A stretch of DNA of 63,432 bases, filler included, from Reticulomyxa filosa (GCA_000512085.1; 24 parts of 24 records of this genome joined end to end with filler, not necessarily neighbours in it), one strand, 5' to 3'. Positions 1 to 14,667 are shown, counted from the first letter of the whole stretch. Program-made: numbers and translations. The notes: a model not told the origin generated them from the letters alone.

Positions 1-61
1 CACACACACACACGTAACACTCTTTTGTCATACGATATAGCACACAGAAGCAGGGCTTAAC

Positions 62-819
62 TGTATACGTTTGATAAAAGATTGGATACAGCCCAGTGTC
101 TTTGTAGGCGTCACTGAGCATTCGCAGTAGCATCAATGCTTTGTCGATCGTCTGTGCTCTTACGTGCTCCTTGTTGATTACTGTCTCCTTTTTGAGTGTT
201 AATCTGCAATGGAAAACATAAGTTCATTTTTGTCAACATTTATTTTCCAAAAAAACAAAAAAAAAAACAACCTTTTTCGAAATTAAAAAAAACTCGGTAT
301 TTGTATGTATTTATTTATTTATTTATTTTTTTTTTTTGCACACAACTCACTTTTTCGCGGCTCCTTTCCAAAATCCATCTTTTCTCTGATCCAAAGCTAC
401 TTTCACCAAATAGCGCATAAATGCTGGCTGTGCAATGGCACCATGCGAAGAGGGACAGTTTTTTATCACGCCCTCGACTAATGTCAGCGCCAGAATTTCA
501 ATTTCTGGGTTCTTTGTTTTTAGCATTTTTCGAAGCTCTTCAATGACAAATCCAGATAAATACGGCTCACTGTTATATGTTTGGTTTGTGGTATATTGCG
601 TACATACCCTGCATATTTCATCATTCCCCTTTCTCCTTTCTGAAGTGTGCGTTTCAAAAGCCCACATAACCGATTTAGTTCATCAATAACCTCAATGTTC
701 TTGTCCCAATCTGGGCCGCTTAGAAACTCGCTACAAGCCTCTTTGATAGTTTTGGTCAACTTTGTTTTCTTCAACTCAAAGTAGGTGCCAGGAGGGCCAG
801 CAACTTCATTTGGCAACAT
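62..819 (-). CDS. VHS-domain protein (TOM1/GGA/Hrs-like), multi-exon, 3' part runs off the window
   Basis: Spliced reading ACSEFLSGPDWDKNIEVIDELN..EELRKMLKTKNPEIEILALTLVEGVIKNC..IDKALMLLRMLSDAY matches the VHS pattern (PDW, KNP..LALTL.E...KNC). GT-AG introns at ~671-570 and ~350-204. Confidence 0.85.
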
Positions 820-1298
820 TATTATATCCGGCTTTGAATCAATATGCACGAAAAATAAAACCTATTCGAGACCACTTAACGCTCGAAACAATTTTATTGG
901 GTCTGGCAACCGTAATTGATTTACGAAAAAGCTTGAAATGCTTTCAAAATAGCAAATACAAAAATACTTTCATAAATCAATCACACGCCCGTTTAAAGCT
1001 ATTTGATGCTAGCTAGACGAATGTGAAATAGAAAAATAGTGTAATACGATAGAAATATCATAAACGTAGTTTATATAGAACACTTAGATCACGTGCAACT
1101 TTTTTTCGCAAAATGCTACCAGTTTATCTCAACACACCGGAAGAAACTTAAAAAGCCAAAGATCTAAAATCTTGGAAAGACAAAATTTTTTTTCATCAAA
1201 GGCAAAGAGCATAAGAAGTTTCTTTGTTGTCATATTTTTGTTCCATGTCAAAGTTGTTAAAAATTAACGTTTGCATTCGTAACACTTATTCACACACT

Positions 1299-3301
1299 CT
1301 AAAGCATGGATTTTTTTTTTGCTGCTTTTTCCAGCAAGTCAACATATCTATGAGGTACATGAGGTGATCTTCCCAAATTAGATAAGTCGGTTTCTGTGTT
1401 TCCCTCATTGTCAAAGAATATGACAATTACAGTCACTATAACATGCACACATAAAACCTCATCCGAAAAGAATATTGAAGGATATGTTTTGGAGTGACAA
1501 ACTACATACCATCATCGTGAACCCTTCTTTTGCTTTCTATCGGAAGATTCATGATTGCAGACAATCGTTTCTCTTCGGGCACTAGTGACGATAATGGCAT
1601 AGCTTGTTCACATGCCGCCAATAATGCATGTTTGATTAAATGTGTGGATGGGTTTGCTATCCATTGAGTATCCAAACAAGCGAACAGAGCCGTTTTTATG
1701 TTGATTTTTTTTTTTTTAAGTTGCAATCGCAGAATATATTGTGAGTGAAAAAACTTAGTGGCTGAGTGTCTAAAAGTTGGCCGACAATCTCAACGACATC
1801 AACATTATTCAAATCCTGGAAAAGTCCGTCCGTGGCGATGATCATGAACTTGTCCTCATCTTGGATTTGATAGTAAGAAATATCTGGCTCTTTATTTATG
1901 TATTGCCACGAAACAAAAAAAAAGCAAGACTGGTCCCGAGAAAGTGTCACACCAAATAAAAAAAGTTCAACTTGCGGTTACGTAAGGTGGTGTCCACACG
2001 TTGTAGTATTTGGACCCCGACCACCGTTTGAAATATTCAGTGTCTTTGTAGTGTGCGTCTCCAAAGACTCGAGTCGGTTGTAATCTGCCTTTGACCCGAT
2101 CTTTATTCAACACAAAGCATAGCAAATTTTTATTTTTTTATTTTTATTTTTAAAAAAAGTGTATTATTTGAATGAAGAAATGGAGAATTAATTTAAAACG
2201 AAACTACGCCGTATGACGTCGTCTTCTCCAGGATGTTCTCCAAGTAGTCGATTTTTTTCTTTTTCATTGATGTCAATCTATGAACATATAAAAAGGGGGA
2301 GGGGGGGGATTATCAAAATTTTGTCCCTTGGAGAAGAGAGACGAGAGGAGGGGGGGGGGGGGGAGGGACAAGGAAGGGAAAAAAACAAAAAAAAAACAAG
2401 ACACAAATATAGTAAGAAAAATAACTTGATGGTCATTTGTCAAAGGTACACATTCCCATCTGTGACTCGGCACTCCATCCAATCCGTACTGCGGGACCTT
2501 CCTCCCCACGACGGCACGACAGTCGCCCACCCAGGCCGTGGTGACCAAGTCCTCCTTCACGTGACACACCACGGCACACGACCCGTTCAATGCGGGGTTG
2601 CCACTCTCCTCTTTCGAGTGTTGCGTTATCAAGTTGCTTTTCAGCCAAACTGCGTCGGCCAATTGAAAGGCTTCTGTGAAGGGGAAGATACTATATTTCA
2701 ATGTGTCACGCGGAAGGCTCAACAGTGTTTGCTCGGTGCGTGCCGTGATAAATGTAAACTCTTCTTTTTTGTCGTTGAATGGGTCAAATCTATTCAGCAA
2801 ATCTTCTTTTGTGGCTACGTACTCGATGAAGTCAAACTGTCATTTGTTTTGTCACTTTGCCACTTTTTTTTTTTACGGCAATACGCAAAAAAAAAAAAAA
2901 AAAAAAACCTGTGCTTATAAAAATAAATAAATAAATAAACGTGCAAATTAACACAAAACTAATTCGTTTTTGCAAAATTCTGATGTAAATTTTCCACTGT
3001 GCCCGTCAAATATTCCAAATAACATGCCTTTCAATGGGTGCGTGTGCAGTATTGGACGGACTGCATGTGTGTCTTCGATTGGATTATTTGCTTGGTACCA
3101 ATTGAGTGTGTAACCCGCCACTCGACCTCTGTTGATAATGTGTCGTTGTGCGCTCTTTGACAAATTCTCCCACAACAAATTTGGTCCTTTATGTTTTGTC
3201 AAATTTGGGATTTCATCGTTTGCTTTTACTCCCTTGTAGGAAAACACGTTGGTGGACACTGTGATTAACATTTGCAGGGAGTTCTGGCCTGGCTTGAACA
3301 T
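1299..3301 (-). CDS. PP2C/PPM phosphatase, pyruvate-dehydrogenase-phosphatase-like, multi-exon (start uncertain)
   Basis: Motifs ANNPIED, GMLFGIFDGHSG, GSCAVV..AWVGDCRAVVG, PLTNDH, RVKGRLQPTRVFGD, TPPYVTA, FMIIATDGL and HDD(V)TVIVI occur in the correct order across exons. Confidence 0.9.
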
Positions 3302-3655
3302 GTGAAAATTAACAAATAGAAAAAAAAAAGATAAACTTAACGAGAAAATGCTGCCAATGATGGAATGAAAACTTTCATGCTATATTGACAAGGATCTGTC
3401 AAGTTCAATATTAAAACAGGAGTACGTTATTTTGAACAGAAAAAGAAAACAGATCATGCCTTATGGGTGTTATCTTTATTTTCTGCTGATTGATTTTAAA
3501 AGTGTGTCACATCGCTCTAACACAATGTAACACCACTGTCTTTCCTCTTTAATACAATGTTATACTGCATCATAGAAAATGTGTTTTTTTTGTACTCATA
3601 GTACAAAGTTTGGATGGGCAATCATCAACGTTGCCAGAACGATCTACGTTTCAAA

Positions 3656-5816
3656 TGAGAATAATTTTGTTCTTGTGCTGGGTTACATATAGTTTTGGCA
3701 CAACGAAGCCAGACAAAACCAAAAAATAAGTATATTCGAATGGTGGAATTCAAAAAATCTCCAACTGCACATCGATCAAGGACGAAAGCAGCTTGAAGTT
3801 TTGTTGTGACCCATTCTGTAACTATCTAGAATTTACAAATTACAAAACAATAATAAAAAAATACATTTCAACAGCCTTTAGTGAGTGGCACAGAAGAATC
3901 CTGTTGGCAGTCTGCCATAGTACAGTTGTTAAACAACGAATGTATGCAAGCGCAGCTGAGTTATTACAACAAGGCCATCATTGCCTACCGACTAACTCAT
4001 TGTCACTTGCTTCAGTCTGGGATTAAAATTAACCCTTGCAAAAATCAAAAGAACCATGAAAACTTGGAGGTAGATATGTTTCATTTTTTCAAGTGTCAAG
4101 TATATTTAAAATTGTTTGCTTTGGTTAAATGCAGCGTTTGTTTTCATTTAAACACAGTGTCACAAAAAACTTGTTCAAGATTTTCGAGCATTTTCTACGT
4201 ATAACAATTTCTTTACTTACGTTGATGACATCTGTTTACACCACGTTCTACATACCAATCACGACATGATCGGCAAGACCATACAACAGCTACACTCTGC
4301 AACTACGGACATCAGTAAATATTTAGAAAAAATTGAAGATCAATACCTTCAATTACGCGGACAATTTGGTTCACAACATAAAGAGTGGGTGGAACTGTGT
4401 CAGCGACATTTGAAAGAACTCCAAGTCTTACATGCTTTATCAGGTTTTGTTATCAATTGATATCTCGCTTTTTGAATGCAGCCATTCATATTTTTTTTAA
4501 TCATTACTTTTATGGCTTTGTGAAATAAAAAGAACAACACATTAAGAAACAAAATGCGGTATTGGGAAATCAACTCAATCTTATTGGTCAGAACAAACAC
4601 GCAAACTACGTAGCAAGCCAATTTCGTAGATGGCAAAATAATTTGATTTGGTCTCACTTAAATATGACTATTTCAATCGAGACCATTCTCAAAGTTTCTG
4701 CCCATACTTTGAGAGATCTTTTATCATTAAAACTGCTGGACTTACAATTACTTTTTTGTTTAAGCCCTTTTCCGCCTAAAAAACTCAAAAGGAACAAACT
4801 GCCGCACACGAAAGTATGGGCAATCTTATCAAGTTACAACAACAATCTCATCAAACAGGAAAAAAGATTTTGAATCAACAAATGGAAACGTTAACAAACA
4901 TCGAAAAAAACCAACAAACAATAAAGTCAAATTTTGAAGAAACACAACAAAATCAGCTCCATTTGTTGGAGAAACAACAAAAAACTGTAGATGAAATGAA
5001 CAAAATTTATAAAAAGGCAGATACGTTGAAAAAAATGAATGAGAAAATGCATGACGATTTTGATCAAATATCTGAAACGCAACTCCACAGTTTAAAGCAA
5101 ATCAACGTATTCATTGAAAAAATATACCACATAAGCAAAGAGTCATATCACTCTGTGATGACAAAAACAAAAGAAATTCTAAGTGTTGTCAATAGTATTT
5201 ATGAATTAGATATTTACGCATTCCAACAAAATATTAGTCTGAATTGCACTCTTTTCTATCTCATTTGTATTGTAAGTACTCCATTAAATATATTTAAAAC
5301 TTGTTCTTGTTATTTCTTTGCATTGTTTGAATAGGTCGTAGTCTTCATTGGGACAAATATCATCCAAGTACAAAATGCACGTGCGTGTGTTTTTGGAATT
5401 TTTTTTGTGGGCTTTATTTTAGAAAACTGGTTTCTGCCTAACTTACTTCGTTGGTCAAATTATTCAACATTCAGTATCACATTATCTGACAAAGTTGAGT
5501 GACCTGATTTTCTTTTTTGTTTAGTTTTTTTGCAACTTCAACATTTGCTTGACAGATCACCAACACATTGCGTTGCGTTACCATTATTACTAGCGTCATT
5601 GTTGGCATTTATTTGCTACTAAATAATGAAAATACTGAAAACAAAAAGCTAAAAATGCTACAAAAAATTACAACGTCGTTACAAAAGCGCCCAGCAACAA
5701 GTGGTAACTTGCATTTGTTCGGATTGCAATTACAATCTAGAGAAGGTAAGCTTCGCCGTTTGTCTGGTAACTTTAGCTACAAAAAAAGGTATAATTATAA
5801 AACGGCTTGTCAATAG
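3656..5816 (+). CDS. GEX1: GEX1/KAR5/Brambleberry-family nuclear-envelope fusion protein, multi-exon
   Basis: Hydrophobic N-terminus (MRIILFLCW), then a Cys-rich domain CWQSAIVQLLNNEC..KAIIAYRLTHCHLLQSG..PC..|CHKKL..AFSTYNNFFTYVDDIC, a long Q/E/K coiled coil (4790-5230) and three C-terminal hydrophobic segments (5240-5620). The first intron boundary is uncertain. Confidence 0.8.
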
Positions 5817-6865
5817 TTATTTTTTGAACAAACGAATCATTGAAATAACTTTTAAAAATCAATGACATAACGAAAATTTTACCGTTATCAGTATATTTTT
5901 TTTTTTAGTGTGATATCAACTATAAATGCAATATTGTATACATACTTATCTTCTTGTAATGGATATTGTGATAATAGAGTTAATGTAACAATAATTTACT
6001 GATAATTTATCAATTGCAATTTCAAATTCATTTGTAATATATGAAAAAAATATTATAATTGCTGTTTAAGTTTGAAATTGCTTTACACACTAACTGAGTG
6101 TGCAGATAGTCCGATGAAACTATGGTATCGCTATTTGAGAATAATTTTTTTATCTTTATCACGGCAATGTAAAAACCATATACTATCTTCCACGATAATA
6201 CAGTAGTTTGCAAAAAATATGAACAAGCAGTTAATCATAATTTTTTTAAAAATCTACCAATATTGAGGTTGTTTTGGCTTTTTATACTTTTTCATTTTTT
6301 TTCAAATTTTTGTAATAGTTGTTGTGATGTTCTTATTTCGTCATCTTTGTAAAGTTTTGCTTTTATTGTCGCCCAAAGATCATGCGAATTTGTAGATAAC
6401 TCAATTACGTTCATTTTGTTTTGTTCAAGCACTTATTTACTGAGCAAAATATCTTGACACTACAAATCACTTGTAGAAAAGATTATGTCGACTTTGTCCT
6501 GAATATATTGAATAAAATTGGATATTCACTTCAATTTTTCCACGACGAATTCAATCTTCTTTTGAATATAAGTAGCAAAAAAGGAAAATCAGGAAGAGTC
6601 TAATTGAACAAACAAAAGTGTCAGCATGGTTCTTTTTTTCCAGCTCTCCCCTTTTCCATTTAAAAGGAGTCATCCAACGCATTCTAATCTCTATTCTACA
6701 CTGTTGCGTCAGTTTTGATTGTAGAAACGAAAAAATAAGAATTGTTTCCACAAGTTGGTATAAAGTATACGCAGCTTCTGTTTGTTAAAAAAAAGAACCT
6801 CTTTAGACTTTTGATCCTTTTTTTTTTGGAACGTTGGTTACGAAACCAAAAATGAGCGTGACGAC

Positions 6866-6965
6866 NNNNNNNNNNNNNNNNNNNNNNNNNNNNNNNNNNN
6901 NNNNNNNNNTTAATTAATTAANNNNNNNNNNNNNNNNNNNNNNNNNNNNNNNNNNNNNNNNNNNN
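6866..6965. other. Artificial contig spacer N44-TTAATTAATTAA-N44 (first of 23)
   Basis: Identical 100-bp spacers start at 6866, 14107, 18208, 20958, 22660, 26492, 28145, 29245, 33260, 35117, 37791, 38958, 43702, 44942, 48256, 49409, 51981, 53229, 54365, 56278, 57378, 58560 and 62333. The core is a palindromic six-frame stop linker. Confidence 0.99.
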
Positions 6966-9900
6966 ACCACGACCACGACCACGGCCACCTCGACCTCGAC
7001 CTTCACCTCGGCGGCCAATGTCTGAACCAGAAGTGGAGCTTCTCTTCTGCTGCTTTAGTTTGCGTTTGGTGTGTGGAGTCATGAGTTGCTCCTTGTGTGA
7101 CAGCACTCGTTCCCAGCAGTGATCCCAATCTGCAAATCTCTTTTTCTGATTGAGCAATTTCATCAATTCGATCATGTTGTTGATTATGGCATTTGTGACG
7201 GGGATACGCGATAAATGCTCGGCAAAATTGTCTGTAACGTCACTTTCAATCTTTCCAATGGATAGCATCTGCAATGCTAGCTTCGACATTTCCGCCAAAA
7301 TGTCTTCCCACGACATGGCTGATGTTGGCTCTTCTTCATTGTCGTATTTATCAATCAACTCCTCGTTCACTTTCGACACTGTCTCAAATACGTACTGGAA
7401 CAACGCAGCCGATTGCTTTTCCAACTCTTTCAATGCTTCGGTATTCGCGGCGATAATTACGTCCGAAGAAGACGATGCCGAGGATTGAACAAGTCTCTTT
7501 CTTCTCTCTTCCAATAGTCGCAGCGCTTGTATGGACAAACGAGACCATGATTGGCGAATGGAATCGTCCTCGTAGATATTTTCAATGTTGAACAGATTGG
7601 GAGTCAATTCCGTCACGATTTTGCTAATCAAGGCAGGACTACACTCCACGACGGGTAAAATCGAAGCAACGCGCTCCAACAGCTGGAGGTCTTTGGATGC
7701 AAACACGCTTTCCAAGGCGTTACGTCCACTTCGCGCTTCATTCAAAATGCGGTGCATTTCAACGGCGTGGGCATGTGTAATATGATCAAATATGACTTGA
7801 CCACATTTTGTATCTTGCAAAGTGGCAATGGTCACTGCTGTTGATTCTGACTCGCTGGCATTTGCAGGGATTGCATATACACTTACTAATTTCATCCATT
7901 GTTTGACACATTGCTTGACCTGCCAAACTTGGTTGGGTTCTGGAATCGTCATTTTTTTGAATCCACGCAACACTCGTTCCGATTTCTTCTGCCATACAAT
8001 TTCTTTGATTCTTTGTTCCTTTTCTTCCAGTGTTTTGTGTTTGTGTTTGTGGGGTGCTTCTTGATCCCCACTACTTGTTTCAGATTGTTGCTGTTGCTGT
8101 TTGGCCATCTCTTCAATCTCTTTTTTCCTGTTTTCTTCCATTTTCAAGGAATGCTCTTGCGCCTTTTCGGTAATCTGTTGGACGTGTTCTTTGATGAGTT
8201 GGAACATTTGATTGTATTCGTCAAAGGCGTCATCCCAGCCTTGATGTGAGTATGTGCACAAATGTTGTTGCCACTGTTCATACGCGAATGCGATCAGCTC
8301 TTCCGTCGCAACCAAGTCTTCTTCCAACACTTTTCGATCGATTTGAGACAGTTTTTCAAACTCTTTGACATTGGCTCTTTCTGTAATGCATTTGGTTCGG
8401 AACCGACATAACTGTTTTAGCATATCTCCATAAATTTCGCTCACTTCTTGATGCCACGTTTCCAAGGCCTCTCCTTCAATCTTTTGGCTTGTGTTGTCTT
8501 GTTCTCCTTTCGTTTTTTTCCATAGCAACTTTTGCGGCAATGAGAAAAAGTATTTCAATATTTCCAATCCTTTGGACGTGGGAATGATGGTGTTGTCGTC
8601 AATTTTTCGACCATAGATAACTTTCATTGTAAAGCGTGACAATGCCACCGCCAATGTTCCTCTGCCAATTCCACTGACTTGGAATTTCAATAATTTCAAG
8701 GCTTCGACAATGCGAGTGGTCGTGTTGCCCTCAAGCAATTGGATGCTTTCGAAATACTCGTCTAATGTCTTTTTAACCAATGCAAAGCCATTTTCGGTTT
8801 CCAATTTGTCCAAATCCGTGTTATTTTCCAATACTCGTCGAACGAGTGAATGCCAAAAATAAAACCACTGTTGTTCCAGAATTGCATATAAATTCTTTTT
8901 CAAACTCGTTGTGGCCCAATTTCTTTGGTACATTTCGTTTGAGATGGTCAAAAGCAAAGCTCAGCAATCCCTGCGAAGACAGATCGTCACATTTCTTCAA
9001 TACCCTTGTGGAGAGCAAATGAGTCCATCGTTCCAAGTTGATATGACTGTTTAGTTCATATCTCATCAATGCCTCAACTTTAACACGGAGATCGCGTAAT
9101 TCATGAAGCAATGGGAATGTATGTAGCCATTTTTCTTCTTTTTCCGATTTTTTCTTTTCTTCTTCTTCTTCTTCTTCTTCGTTTTTATTCTTGTCCTCTT
9201 TTTCTTTTTTCTTTAATGTTTCCACCAAGTTTGCAAAGGCCGTTTCAAACTCTTTCCATTTCGTGGTCGCCTTTTCGACATACAATCCGTCTTTGCACAG
9301 TTGGGGCAACTTGTGCGAGTCTGGCACTGATTTTCCTGAAAATCCCAACAGATTTTCGATTCTCACTGAGGATATGAGCGACACCAAATCTTCTGTGTCT
9401 GATGACGAAGATGTAGTGGAAAGATTTTCTTCGTTTTCTTTTTTCTTTTCTTCCTCTTCATCATCTTCATCGGCTTCATCTTCATTCTTTTTGGGCTTCT
9501 CCTCCTCCTCCTCTTCCTTCTCCTTCTTTTTCTTGGCAGGCTTTGCTTCCTTTTCCACCTTTTTGCTGCTCTTGCTCTTCAGCTTGGAGGCCAATGCTGC
9601 GCTCATGGCCTCGATCGGGTCGGTCCATGTCAAGTCTTCATTGGTAATGGTCCACAGTATTTGACTAATCACTTCTTCTTCGTTTGTTGCCACGTCGTTG
9701 ATGTGTTCTTTTTGGTATTTGACCCATTCTTCTTCCGCCTTCACCAGTCGACTGAACAGTTCGTTGATTTTCTCCAGTCGTTGTTTGTGTGCGCTTTGCC
9801 ATGTTATGTGATGGCAGCTCTCGAGCAGTTTCAAAAACGAAGACAAGCAAAGCTTCAGCAAGTCGGCGTGGGGTCCGACAATGTCATTGGACTTGCGCTT

Positions 9901-12724
9901 TTCTCCAACAAAGTGTGATCTTCGATATTTTTTCACTTGGGAATTGGCATAGTAAAGCCATCGATGAACAAAGAAGTCCAACATCTACATTAAATAAATA
10001 TAGTTGTGACATATAATACACTTCAAATAAAAAGACCAATAGAAAAAAAAAAAATAAAAAAATAAAATGCTTCATACCAGCGTCCATTCAATTCTGCGAC
10101 AGAAGCTTTGGAAAGTATCGCCCGATGGCTTGACACTTTCGAACCATTGGATGACTTTGTCAACAAGTTGAGTCACTTCTTTGATATTTAGAAACGCCGT
10201 CACAAACTGTGGTTTCGCGATTTCCAACACAAATTGAAAAGTGACACCACGTTGGGAAAAAGTTCTCCAAAATTGATTGACATTGAGATAGCGGTGCGAA
10301 CGATCCAAGGCGCCGCCACGTTCGTTTCAGGGCTCGTCCCCACCATATCGTTCTCCTCTGTCACCTCGATCACCCCAACTACCTCGACTACCTCGACCAC
10401 CACCTCGACCACCACGACTACCTCGACCACCACGACACCTCCTCGACCACCTCCTCGAGCACCTCCTCGAGCACCTCCTCGACCACCTCCTCGACCACCT
10501 CCTCGACCACCTCCTCGACCACCACGAGCACCACCACTTTCAACAGCTGTCCGTGGTTTCGCTGCTTTTGCTTGTTGGACACCACCTCTTGAAGCGCGGA
10601 AGACGGGTTGTGAGTATTCCCCCAACTGGGCATTGGGATTGAGTGCGCACGAGTCCCATGGTTGATGAGGGAGTCAATGTTATAGTAACGAGACGCAAAG
10701 TAGGTCGAAAACTGAATAAAGTCTGAGTTGACAAGGAACTTGACGGGGTATTGGTTCATATTTTCCGGGAACACAATGTCCTGTTTGGACAAAGAGAACA
10801 TGATATCGACCATATCTAAAAAGGACTTTTTCATCAAAGGTTGTGAATTCTTGGTCACAGACAATTGTTTCTGCAACACGTCGCTGTCATTGATTTTCCA
10901 CGTCAGTAGTCCATAGCGATTAAAGTTGAGCGCAGCACTGACAAGTTTGAACATCAATTCGGGATGTCTGTTCCAAAACAAGTTTTGCGAGTCCCAAATG
11001 AGCCGAGGAATGGACAGGAAATAGCCAGGTTTGAGGACGTCACGTGAGCCTTTGGCGTCGCGAAATTTCCTGGCCATCGAATGTGATGATTCGTACCATG
11101 ATCGTTCGCTGGCAATGGGTTCCGAGTGTTCCGTGGTAATGGTTGGATATTCGATAATCAGCTCCAGCAATCTCTGCGTTATTTCACTTGGATGCTGTAA
11201 CAGTTCAATCCACCCCGACTTGCCAAGGCGTTCGTGGCGGGTTACCTTACCATTCTTATGTGTGCTTATCACTGGGGTGCGTCGATCACGGCTTTGCTCG
11301 CTCAAAAAATGATAGCTTGCCCAATTCGTCGTGTTGTCATACTCGGTAAATTCCTGATGCAATTTCTCGTCCAGCAGACGCAGTATCAAATGCGGTTGAA
11401 ACTTGCACATTCGACGCCAGTCCACCAATTTCGATTTCAGCACTTGTTCGTTTTGTATCGTCGCTGTTTCAACTTTGCCGCGACTGCACACATACACGCA
11501 CACAAAAAAAAAAAAAAAAAACCAATCATTTTTAAATTATCGCGATAAAACAAACAAAAGTTGGAACTTCACTTTTCCTCTCCAACCCCCTTTTTTTTTA
11601 AAAAAAAAAAAGTAAAAAAAGACGAATGACACATCATCAAAGCACACACACACACGTAGAAAATACCTGCAAGCATGAAGAAAGGAGGCAACCAAATCCG
11701 GTCCAAATTTTTTCAAACAAGGGTCAACCAATGCGTCCAACTCTTGGACACGACGGGTGGCCATTAAGCATTTGATTGTTGTTTTTTGAATAAAAGGCAC
11801 CGATTTGGTCACCAAATCGACTAATTTCTCCGTACTTTATTTATGTATACATATACATACATATTTTATGTGTATATACATACACATGACACCAAAATGT
11901 AAAACACAGCAAACAACAATGTTTGGGATTATTATATGTGTTATTGCTATGTAAAACAATTACAAAGCGTAAATGTATCCGTGTTAACTCTTGCTGTCGC
12001 TTGACATAATTGATAACAATAAACTGCTTCATAAAAGTCGACGACGATCTCATCTCTTTGAATAAAATGTCTTGGCAACAATCGCTAACGACGGCCGCCA
12101 AAATGGCTACTTGGTAAATGTGATAGTGCTTCGAGACATTGCTTGTCGAGGCTGGCAACACTTGGACCAATATATCTCCTTTTGCAGAACTTGTTTCTTG
12201 CTCCATCTCTTTGTCCAAATCCATCGCTTCTTCGCTCACGTGCGCAAAACTTTCACTGTCTTCTCTGTCAACACGTTTCTACCGCCCTCAATTTGCTCGA
12301 AACTCAGCGACATGCTTTCCTCTTTTTCTGCTATTTGCTCCACTTCCTTTGTCTTTTTTTCTTCCGTTGCTTTCTTGTCGCCTTCTTGTGATATCGTTGT
12401 CATCGCTTGGGCCACTTGAGTTCCTTCAAACTTTTTTGTATTTTTTATCCACATTTCCTTTTTTTAAAGGGAGGGTTAGGCAAAAAGAGGGGGGGAGGAC
12501 ATTTTGTCCCGTCCGAAAGAACGCATGTTTTCGACACATTAAAAAAAATAATACAGAAAAACATTCGAAACTTTGGTCAAGTCTTTCACCAACTGATTAA
12601 ATTTGTCCGGCGTTTTTCTTCCTACTGTTCCGAGAGCAATTGCATATTTCTTTCTATCGTAGTACTTTGGTGACTGCGACACTTTTTCTCTCACTTCTTC
12701 CGCTGTCGGGAGTTGAGAGAGCAT
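6966..12724 (-). CDS. Large (>1500 aa) helical protein of unknown function with two RGG boxes and acidic tracts; 3' truncated; several frameshifts
   Basis: Consecutive long minus-strand ORFs (12724-12539, 12454-11841, 11815-11537, 11503-10072, 9984-6966) join via GT-AG introns and single-base shifts at ~12275, ~10640, ~10435 and ~8897. RGG repeats at 10380-10535 and 6966-7015. Confidence 0.7.
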
Positions 12725-13218
12725 TTCTTTATTATCACTGTTTGCAATTCCTGCTCAACGGTTTCAATATCTACAAAAGAAAAACTAAACAAATTGTTTC
12801 TTCAAAATCAAAAAGCCTCGAAAAGATAAAAAGGACGTGTTTTGATTTTGTCTGTCTTGTCAGAAAGAGCCAGCCCTTTCGTACGAGTAAACAGTTGGAG
12901 TTGAAAAAACAGATGCACTATCGTTTCAAAAATGCATAATACAAGAAAGTTAGTTGGATTGAGTTGGTTAAAATTTTTTACGTATTGCGTCTGTTTGCAT
13001 AAGATTGAGGAAAAGTTGTACAACTGATAACATATACACATTGAATGAAAAGGATGGAGTCAAAGCCCCTGGTTTTTTTTTTAAATACGTATTTATTGTT
13101 CTTTTGAAGATGAATTTTTGTATCTGTGATTTGGTACTTAGAAAAAATAAATTGGAAAATAAGTCATAGCATATTGAAGATTTTCGACATTTATGGTAGT
13201 GACAAAAAAGAATGAAAA

Positions 13219-14036
13219 TTAAGACGTTTGTTGTTTAGATTTTTTTTTTGGAGAAAGATGTTTTTTGGTATAAGTGAGAATGACATCAACACAGCGCTGC
13301 ATCCAACTATCCAAGTCTTGTTTAGTATATTTGCTTGGAGTAGTGTCCATTTCCAAGCGGTCCAAATAGACAACGCATAACATGGCGCACGGGATCGAGT
13401 TGTGAGTGCACATTCCGGAGAGCACATCGCCCTTTATTTACAAATAAAACAAAGCAAAAAAAAAGGTTGGACCAAATATCAAATCAAATAAAAGTGCAGA
13501 GTAAAAAAAAAAAAGGGGGGGAGGGGGGACAGAGGAAGAAGGAAAAGAGAGACACAACTTCCATCTCAAAATTTCGGACCCCTTGTTTATATAGTTTGGT
13601 GAGCCATTCAAGTTTGGCTTCTTGATTATACGTGCAAAGTGCTCCGTCCAGCCTAGCTTGTCCTTCGTAATAGGTTTCCGTGCTCATCGTCTTGCCAAGA
13701 CACACAGGAATTTGCTATTTTTCGCGATGAAATACAATTGTTCGGAGATGTTGGCATCAAATACACACGGTTGAGTGACGCAATTCCCACACGAATGATA
13801 GGTCCATTCCGACTTCAAAGAGATGGGATTTGCGATATGAGAAGTGACCACAATGCTGCCCGCTTCAACGCCTATCCCTCCCGCACTTCCTATTCTTATC
13901 ATTTGCACTTGCTTTATAGCTTCGCTTATTTTCAATATTCTTATCAACTCATCCAAAAATACACTTATCGACGATGCACCCATTCCTGACTACAAGACAA
14001 TACGTGGGAGCCGATTTGATATATCGAATAAAAATC
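13219..14036 (-). CDS. UPP: Uridine phosphorylase, eukaryotic UPP1/2 type, 5' truncated, two frameshifts
   Basis: YQIGSHVLSCS/GMGASSISVFLDELI, IRIGSAGGIG, GKTMSTETYYEGQARLDGALC, GVRNFEME and LCVVYLDRLE match UPP1 motifs. Frameshifts at ~13986 and ~13712; intron ~13558-13432. Confidence 0.9.
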
Positions 14037-14279
14037 TTTTTTTTTTTTTTACAACATGAAGGCAAATATTTCTAGAAATTTTTAGCTTTTTTTTTTTTTT
14101 TTTTTTNNNNNNNNNNNNNNNNNNNNNNNNNNNNNNNNNNNNNNNNNNNNTTAATTAATTAANNNNNNNNNNNNNNNNNNNNNNNNNNNNNNNNNNNNNN
14201 NNNNNNCACATACACATACTTATGGAATATATATACATACATATATATACGTATATATATATATATATATATAATATAA

Positions 14280-14667
<388 letters not shown>

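Noticed and set aside
10234-10665. Pro/Thr-rich mucin-like + strand ORF
   Set aside because: Antisense shadow of the RGG tract of the minus-strand gene.
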